NCBI GenBank assembly: GCA_035387745.1
Contig: DAOOON010000026.1
Location: 1 to 8,575, forward strand
Source of the DNA: an archaeon
GTDB taxonomy: Archaea; Iainarchaeota; Iainarchaeia; Iainarchaeales; CSSED10-239
Reading direction: 5' to 3'
DNA length: 8,575 nucleotides
Under the pieces are notes generated by a model that did no database searches, was not told the DNA's origin, and saw only the letters and a program-made list of their open reading frames with translations. Positions 1 to 7,400 of the stretch are shown here, piece after piece (position 1 is the first letter of the stretch; each line of letters starts with the position of its first letter). A program made the position numbers and the translations under genes.

Positions 1-32
1 GCATAACCGGTCTGCCATCAAGGCGCTTATTC

Positions 33-80
33 TTTATATAATTAAGAACAAATATATTTTTAAAGGAAACAATTATTAAA
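33..80 (+). promoter_or_regulatory. Candidate promoter region for mre11: consensus-like TTTATATA (33-40) and ATTATTAAA (72-80)
   Basis: ATTATTAAA is centred about 27 nt upstream of the ATG at 103, which fits a leaderless transcript. TTTATATA at 33-40 is a better consensus match but would give a leader of about 40 nt. It is nearly symmetric and could also serve a divergent gene to the left. AT-richness makes both calls weak. Confidence 0.25.
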
Positions 81-102
81 AAGTTCTGTTATATTATTAT
101 TT

Positions 103-1281
103 ATGAGAATTGGTATAATTAGCGATTGGCACCTGGGTGTTGATTTTGATAATGAACTTGGAAAGGACTCTTTTACTAATCTTTTTTTAGCATTTAAGCA
201 GCTTGAAACACAAGATATTGATCTTCTTTTGGTTCCTGGAGACCTCTTTGATGTCTCAAAACCAGAACCAGAGGTGCTTTTTGAAGCTATTAATCTTTTA
301 AATGAAATTAATATTAAAAACAAATATACTGAAATTAAAGCAAAAATACCAATACTTGCAATTATTGGAAATCACGAATATCGCTCAAAGGACTACATTA
401 CAACTGTTGAGCTTTTAGAGTCTCTTGGGTTTTTAAAACTTTTAAAAGCAGACTGCTTGAAATTTGAAAAAGAAAAAATAGCAATCTTTGGAATGACTGC
501 TCTTCCTGAAAAAATGGCTCTTAGCTATCTTAAAGAGAAGTTTAATCCACAGCCTTTGAAAGGATATTACAATATCTTAATGATACATCAATCAATTGTT
601 GAATATCTGCCATTTGAAGACGAGATGGTTGCTACAATTTCTCTTTCTGATCTACCTTCTGGATTTGATGTAATTGTTAATGGCCACCTTCACTGGTCAA
701 GCATTATTGATCTACCACAAGGCCCTAAGTTTCTTTTACCTGGTTCAACTGTTACAACACAGATTAAACAAAAAGAAACAGAAAAGCCAAAAGGCTATTT
801 TATTATTGATACTGACAAAAAAGAAATTGATTTTTGTCAAATAAAAGACATTAGAAAAGTATATTATATTGATTTAAAGTTTTCTAAAAAGACTGTTTCT
901 GATATTATTTCTATGATAAAAGCAGAACTTGAAAAACTTGAGAAAACACCAAACAGGAAAGCAATTGTTAGAATCAGATTAAAGGGAGAACTAGAAGATG
1001 GAGAATCTCTAAAGAACCTTAATATTGAATCTTTAAAAAAAGACTACTCTGAATTCTTTTATATCTCTTTAAAAAACGAAATTTCAGAAAAAAGACTAAA
1101 AGAAAGTATTGAACAACTAAAAAGATTGCAAAGCGAAAACAAGAATGTTTCAGAACTTGCAAAATCCATATTTTCTGAGCAGATTGAGCAAACAAAAATC
1201 TCCAAAGGCTTTGATTATAGAAGAATCTACGAGCTTTTAGAAAATGGCGACGTAGATAAAGCAAAAGGCGCTCTTAACTAG
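103..1281 (+). CDS. mre11: DNA double-strand-break repair nuclease Mre11 (calcineurin-like metallophosphoesterase, archaeal type; SbcD homologue)
   Basis: 392-aa ORF with ATG at 103 and TAG at 1279-1281. The phosphoesterase motifs occur in canonical Mre11 order: D8-x-H10 (ISDWHLG), G46-D47-LFD, G89-N90-H91-E, H162 (LMIHQS) and G194-H195-L-H197. A capping-domain-like block (KGYFIIDTDKKEIDF) and a K/E-rich helical C-terminus (possible Rad50-binding helices) follow. From memory, blocks such as LLESLGF, ILMIHQ, LSDLPSGF..GHLH and LLPGS align with archaeal Mre11 (Pyrococcus type). Motif I lies within the first 10 residues, which supports this start codon. Confidence 0.88.
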   Translation: MRIGIISDWHLGVDFDNELGKDSFTNLFLAFKQLETQDIDLLLVPGDLFDVSKPEPEVLFEAINLLNEINIKNKYTEIKAKIPILAIIGNHEYRSKDYITTVELLESLGFLKLLKADCLKFEKEKIAIFGMTALPEKMALSYLKEKFNPQPLKGYYNILMIHQSIVEYLPFEDEMVATISLSDLPSGFDVIVNGHLHWSSIIDLPQGPKFLLPGSTVTTQIKQKETEKPKGYFIIDTDKKEIDFCQIKDIRKVYYIDLKFSKKTVSDIISMIKAELEKLEKTPNRKAIVRIRLKGELEDGESLKNLNIESLKKDYSEFFYISLKNEISEKRLKESIEQLKRLQSENKNVSELAKSIFSEQIEQTKISKGFDYRRIYELLENGDVDKAKGALN

Positions 1282-1286
1282 TCTTC

Positions 1287-1335
1287 TTTATATTTTATAA
1301 ATATATCTTAGCATATTTCTTTTAACTATATAAAG
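1287..1335 (+). promoter_or_regulatory. AT-rich intergenic region with several TATA-like boxes upstream of the giant ORF (exact promoter not resolvable)
   Basis: The candidate boxes are TTTATATT (1287-1294), TTATAAATAT (1296-1305) and CTATATAAA (1326-1334). There is no GGAGG-like ribosome-binding site before the ATG at 1346. The T-rich run just after the mre11 stop (1283-1297) could also act as an archaeal oligo-T terminator. Confidence 0.25.
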
Positions 1336-1345
1336 AGAAATAATT

Positions 1346-1408
1346 ATGAATTTAAAATATATAACTTTATTCTTATTAATAATATTTATAACACCTTTTG
1401 CTTTTGCG
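1346..1408 (+). other. Signal peptide of the giant protein (aa 1-21, predicted cleavage AFA|EL)
   Basis: MNLKYITLFLLIIFITPFAFA has a basic n-region (K4), an uninterrupted hydrophobic core and a small-x-small A-F-A site, followed by E22. Confidence 0.8.
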
Positions 1409-4400
1409 GAATTACAACCCGCATTCTTAGATCAAAACACGCACTATTTTGGAGAAAAGATTAATTTCGGATTGATTGGAGTTATCCCTGATGATTTCAA
1501 TCACGCAAGAATTATTGTGCAATTGCCAACAGGTCACAGTTATCAAGAAGCAGACATAGATATAGATAATTTAAGTGATTATTATCTTGTTTTTCCATTA
1601 GATTTTATATATAATCAATTACAAATAAAATATATTTTTTATAATTCTAACAATACGGCGCCCCTTAATACAGAATACACTTTACAATTAGAAAGATTGC
1701 CTCTAATTGAAAATATAAACTATTGTATAAACGCAGATTGTAATAAAAATAACTTTGAAGTAATAGATGCAAATGAAATTTATCTTAAGACGCAGACTGA
1801 AATTATTGATGAAAATTTAAATTTTGATATATTAGTGATTTTAGATGGTTATATTATAGAAGATGGGAGAAATATACAATTACCTTATCTTTTAGATACT
1901 ACTCCCGGAGAATATGAAATTAAAGTAACTCCTAATTATAATAATCAAGAATTGGAAACTAAATCTTTATTTTTAAATTTGGCTATCACACAACCAGAAA
2001 CAAATAACTTAGAAGATTATTTAAATGATATTAGAGAGCAAAATGAAGCAGAAGAAAGAGAACAAGAAATAAATACCGCTATAGAAAATATTAACGACTC
2101 TCAAACAACCGAAACTCAAGAAAAAACAGAACCTAAAAATAATCTTTGGTTAATTGGATTGGGGATTTTAGTAGTATTGATAATTTTGATTTCAATTTTA
2201 TTATTTAGTAGACCTAAAGAAAAATTTGTTGAAAAACCAAGCAGAAGAGAAAGCCGAAAAGAAAGAGGGTTTTTATTTTTGATAATCTTTGTGTTGTTAT
2301 TTTCTTCTATTTATGGTCTGTCTTTAGAAGAAAAGATTAAAGAATATCAAAATTTAGAAATTACTTTTGATACTCTGCAAAAATCCTATCCTTATCCTAA
2401 GGACATATCTATACCAATAAGTAATACTCAACCACAAAACGTTTTTTATTACCCTATTTCTGCAACTGGACTTTCAGACGCTGAAAAAATAACGCCGATA
2501 GCCGAAAACAAACTATCAAATCTAATTGTGTCTTTAGAAACAGTTTACTTATCTATAGATTTGTCTGCAGAAATAGAAACTGCAAAAACCACTGGTAAGA
2601 CCTTGGGATTTGAAAGTGGTTGTGAACAAGTATTAGAATGGTTCCAGAAAAATCCAATAACTGCAGAACCAAACACTATAATTGCCAGAACCAAAGAAAA
2701 TTTGCTAAACAACATAACAATAACTGAAAATAAAACAGGATATACCGATAACGACAAAACACAAATTAGAGACAAAATAAAAAAATTAAAGACAGATAAA
2801 AAATATAAAAACTCTAAAAATCCATTTGTCGAGTATTGTATTTCAGACTATTTAGAAAATAAAGAGTCAAACATTGGTGGAAAATACATCACAAAAAAGA
2901 AAATATTATTAAAAATGGAATATACAGAGAAAAACCTTGAGGCCATAAATAATTATGACTTAACTTTTGACAATATAATATTTAACGATTCAAAAGGAAA
3001 AGATGTACTTGAGACGACCTTCCTTGGAAGCGATTTAAATCACATATATGTTTGGGTGGATTATACTGCAGATATTTTGCGTGAACAAAACCTTAGCCTA
3101 AAAGGAATTGCAGCAAATAGAATATTACAAGAAGAAATCGCCGATAATGGCGAAATCATTAAGCACTATATGATAACTAATCTTGATGAAGGAGAATCGG
3201 TAGACGTTACCTATGCTGCTCAATTGATAAATCTGGAAATATTAGATTCGGATTATGGCTCTTATTATCAATTTGAGGGTGTTGGTCAAGATACTTCTGC
3301 AACTCCAGAAAAGAAAGGAAATGTCTTTGCTATTAGAGACAAGGATTTGTTTTCGGTAAAAAACAAAATATTAAGCAATGTTGAAATCTCTGGAAAAATA
3401 TCCTTAGAAAACGGAAATTATAAATTTGAATTAAGTCCCGAATCTATAAAATTACTTGCAGAAGTAAATATAAATCCAACAAAGTATATTGTTTTAGACA
3501 AAAAACAGTTAATTGATGTTGGAACAGATACTCAAAAACTTACTATAGGAATAGACTATAATTATGGAATTATTTGTAGTGACTTCTCCGGAATCACAAT
3601 TTTATTAGAAGAAGATAAAACACTTTATCTGCCAACAAATATTAATAATCCTCATTTAGAGGCACTAACTAAATTATTTATAAAAACCAGTTCTCAAAAA
3701 AATATAGAATTGACAAGATTACAGTTACCTTTGCTTTTTATTTTTGCTTTTAAAAACAATGCAAATACAATCCCTGACGAAGATGTTTTATTTTTAAAAA
3801 CTTATGATGATGTTGCAAACATAATTAACAGAGGTAATTACACCAAGTTGGAAAAGAACATAATATTTAACAATCTTATTTCTTTAACTGAAGATTTCAG
3901 TTTTCAAAAAACCGCAAATTCTAAAGACGGACTATATAGATTTAAATATAAAACCAGGTTTGTTCTTAATTATGGACTTGTAAACTATATCGATCATCCA
4001 GAAAATATAAATAATTTAAATTTAGAAACTGTAGGAATAACTATCCCTCAATTATATGACAATAAATATCTTGAAAGAAAGGGGTTTGTGGATAAATCAT
4101 TAACAACACTCTTGGTGCTTGGCTATCTTGGGGATAATTATAGATCCTTTAGTAAAGTAATTAGATCAAGCTATAATTCTCATGAAGAATACGAAATAGA
4201 TTTAAAAAATCAAATACAAACGGTGTTTAATGAACAAAAAGCAACAACAGATAATTGGGGATATTATAAAGAATTATTGATTTATCCATTTTACAGAACT
4301 GGAATTGAACAAAAAATCTGCTCATATGATAAAGAAAACTTTCCAAAATATTCTGTAAAAAACTACTGTTATCAGGCATATAATTTTAATCCTGAATCTA

Positions 4401-7400
4401 ATACTTGGGGAATAGCATATGACCCGCATAACCTAGATTCTGGATTTTTAATGCAAGACTATTCTTTCCAAAATAATTTTGTTTCATCATATAGAACAAT
4501 ATTGTTGCTTGAAGATATTGAAAACTTTAAAAATAACAAACTTACATTTAATCAAAATCAATTAAAAACATATAATAAATTAAATATTTTCTTAAGTTTA
4601 ATTGAACTTGAAGCTATAAGAAATACTTCAACAACCGAAAATAATAGAAACTTTGGAAATGCTTTAATTTTATCTTATAAACTAAGAGAGTTGTGGGATA
4701 GTAGTAGTAACGAACTTAAAAAATATGATTCGGGCACTATTAGAAACGCAATTATAAATACAAACGAGGCATTAGCATATCAAGCAACCGTTAAGTTAAG
4801 AAATGTAGTTTCTACTGATAAATCTTTAAGATTAGATATATATAAAGGTCTTATCCAAACAGATTTTGAAAGATATGCTGAATCTATAAATCCTTCTGCT
4901 GGGTGGTTTGACTTAAGCGATTCTGCGAGATTTTTAATTACTGGCAGTTGGATTGAAACCTTTATTTTTACTGGTAGCCGAAAAGAAATTGAAAGTTTAG
5001 ATCAAAAAGAAAGAGACAAATATAATAAAATACTACACGGATCCTGTTGTATAGCTCAAAGACTAGGAGAATTAGAAAGTGATTCAAGTTATAAAAATTG
5101 GACAATCAAAGACATAAAAGATAACTTTAGTCCTTATTCTAAAGCTAAAACAAATACAAAAACAGATGTTATTGGGTGGGTAACTGATGGAACAAGTTGT
5201 ACTGGTACTTTAAGAGCAAACCCCGGGGATTGTGCTACTGATATATCTTATTTATATAATTCCAAAGAATTTGGAAATGATATTTCTTTTATATTAAATG
5301 ACAAAAAAGACAAAAAATCTATTACTCAATTTTTAAGTGCTGGATATTATACTAATCACACATTAGATATGGATTCTTCTATTCAAGTTAATTCCACAAA
5401 AAGAGAATTAGAAGAAACAAAAGTTAAATTTAAACCAGATGCAATAACCTCTGCATTAAGATTTATTGATTCCGGGATAAACCCTGCAACAATTATTATT
5501 ACCGTTGCAACTGCTGGAGCAGGTTATGGACTTATGACGGGAACGGGCAGCGTCTTCACAAGAATTGCAAGTGGATTTACAACAAAGCTGACTTTGGGAA
5601 AATTATCTAGTGCTTTAGGGACAAGATTATTGTATGAATTTGGAGAAAATATAGTTTTAGATGCGGCTTATGGTGCAATTGTTATTCCAAGTCCTAAACT
5701 TGCAGGAGAACATCCATTCCTGACATATGTGGTACTTGGAGTAATAGCAGGAAACTTCCAAAAAGCATTTATATCAAACGTAGATAATGCCGCCTCGGCA
5801 ATTACAAAAGATCTTATTGCAACATCTGGTTTAAAACAAGCAGATAACATAAAAATACAAACGGCAATAAAAACTGCGTTAAATACAGATTATTCAGACA
5901 CCACAGAACAATTACTAAAAATAAAAAGAGGAGAAGCAGTAACTGATTCCTTTTTTAGAAGGTTACCAAAAGTTGTAGCAGGCACTGCTGATGACGAGCT
6001 TGTAACTGCTATTAGAAAAAATTTATTATCTCAAAAGATATCGGTTAGTGATGATGTAATTAGAAAAAGTTTAACTCAAAATAATTTATATCTTGGAACA
6101 AGGGCTTCTGCAGTATCTAAATTTATATCTCGCAAAAATCTTATAGAGTTAAATAATATCGCTGCAGCCAATTTAGACAACACAAGTAGTAAATTCATTA
6201 AATTAGCAACAACAAGAACTGTTCCTGAAAGATATGGTGCAAAATTTACAAGTATTGTTGATGAATTTGAAGATTTAAAGAAGTTTAATGAAATCGACCC
6301 GGAACATTTTGCTAAACCTACAAAAATAGTTTATGATGATTTCGGAAACCCTCTTGGCTATGAAATGGAAAAAATATATGGCACAACCCTTGCAGACTAT
6401 ATTGAAGATGGAGGAGTATTAGATGATTCTTTCTATAAAAGAATTGAAGATTCAGTAAGTGAATTACATAAACAAGGCTACGCACACGGAGATATCAATC
6501 CAAACAATATAATACTTAGAGAAACATATGACGGATTAGATTTTACTATTATTGATCCTGTTGGTTTTAGAAAATTAAATCAAATTACAGATATTCCAGG
6601 ATTAACTGAGCAAGCAGCAATTGACTTAGATATAGAACAGTTAAATAAATTAAGAAATTTAACAATTCTAGAAGCAGAAATGATGAGAACAAACAAAATC
6701 TATGTTCCTAATGTTTGGGAATTACAAAGAATACAACAAACCGGAGAATTGGTGCCAATAAGAAGAGAAGGCGGTAACATTGTATTAGGCGAAGTTTTAG
6801 AAATATCTTCAGACAATACAAAAGTGAAAGTTAGATTTTCGGATTATCTAAATAATGTAACTGACGAACGTTTTTATGATATTGATACTGAAACATTTAT
6901 ACCAATAAGACAAAATGACATAGTTTATGTAAATGGTGTGGGCTCAGGAAAAGTAATAACAGTTGAACCAAATAAAACAGTAACATTAAGAAGAACTGAC
7001 GGGTCCATTATCTATACTGATGTTGATGCAATAATTAGTTCTAGGTCTTTAAATCAAGGATTAAAATTAAATGGAGATATATCTCAAATTACTCCACAAA
7101 CAACAGAAGCATTTTCGGCTACAAAAAATAGATTACCAGAAAGATTTATTTCTAGAAATACCGATTCTTGGTCTGGAAGAGAAGTTATTTTAGTTGATAA
7201 AATAAATGACCCCGTGTTAAAAGAATATCTTGCAAATGTAAGAATATTAAGCTCACAAAATCCAGACATTTTAAATAAAATCAAGGAAGCCTATAATTTA
7301 GTAAATAGAACAATGCCAGTTTATAGTTTAGGAAAAACAAATATCTTAGATGATATAATAGATAATGTAGATGTCGGAGGAGACGTAATTCCATTAGGCC

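Noticed and set aside
1-27. The left edge is locally GC-rich (gcataaccggtctgccatcaaggcgc). Its reverse complement reads GCGCCTTGATGGCAGACCGGTTATGC. I considered two readings: the 5' end of a minus-strand tRNA, or a divergent minus-strand CDS start (ATG at 18-16, M-A-D-R-L-C).
   Set aside because: I could not fold it as a tRNA. With a 7-nt acceptor arm there is no U8, and the D-stem positions 10-13/22-25 do not pair. Only a 3-bp GCA/TGC stem is possible. As a CDS, only 6 codons are visible, which is too little to support a call. It remains unexplained.
60-323. An 87-aa minus-strand ORF.
   Set aside because: It is antisense to the motif-rich N-terminus of mre11, its product is basic and low-complexity (K/S/R-rich), and I recognise no motif. 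It is typical of a shadow ORF.
1019-1264. An 81-aa minus-strand ORF.
   Set aside because: It is antisense to the mre11 C-terminus. Its F/L/R-rich sequence mirrors the K/E-rich sense strand, so it is a shadow ORF.
2270-2326. A possible internal restart (in-frame TTG/GTG codons in FLFLIIFVLLF) that would make the second hydrophobic helix the signal peptide of a separate downstream protein.
   Set aside because: There is no stop codon upstream and no in-frame ATG. A restart there would remove the basic n-region (RKERG) that a signal peptide needs. I kept it only as a fusion hypothesis in the findings.
2545-2775. A 76-aa minus-strand ORF with a hydrophobic character.
   Set aside because: It lies entirely inside the giant ORF on the opposite strand. 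The hydrophobicity is a compositional artefact of the A-rich sense codons, and there is no independent start context.
2779-2785. Homopolymeric A7 tracts inside the giant gene (also 3696-3702, plus several A6 runs) as possible slipped-strand phase-variation switches.
   Set aside because: Runs of 6-7 A are expected by chance in lysine/asparagine-rich coding sequence at this AT content. They are below the length usually associated with phase variation, and nothing marks them as special.
5668-5850. A 60-aa minus-strand ORF.
   Set aside because: It is antisense to the TM-cluster region of the giant ORF. It is short and has no motif.
7084-7284. A 66-aa minus-strand ORF.
   Set aside because: It is antisense to the giant ORF just upstream of the transglutaminase-like core. 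It is short and has no motif.
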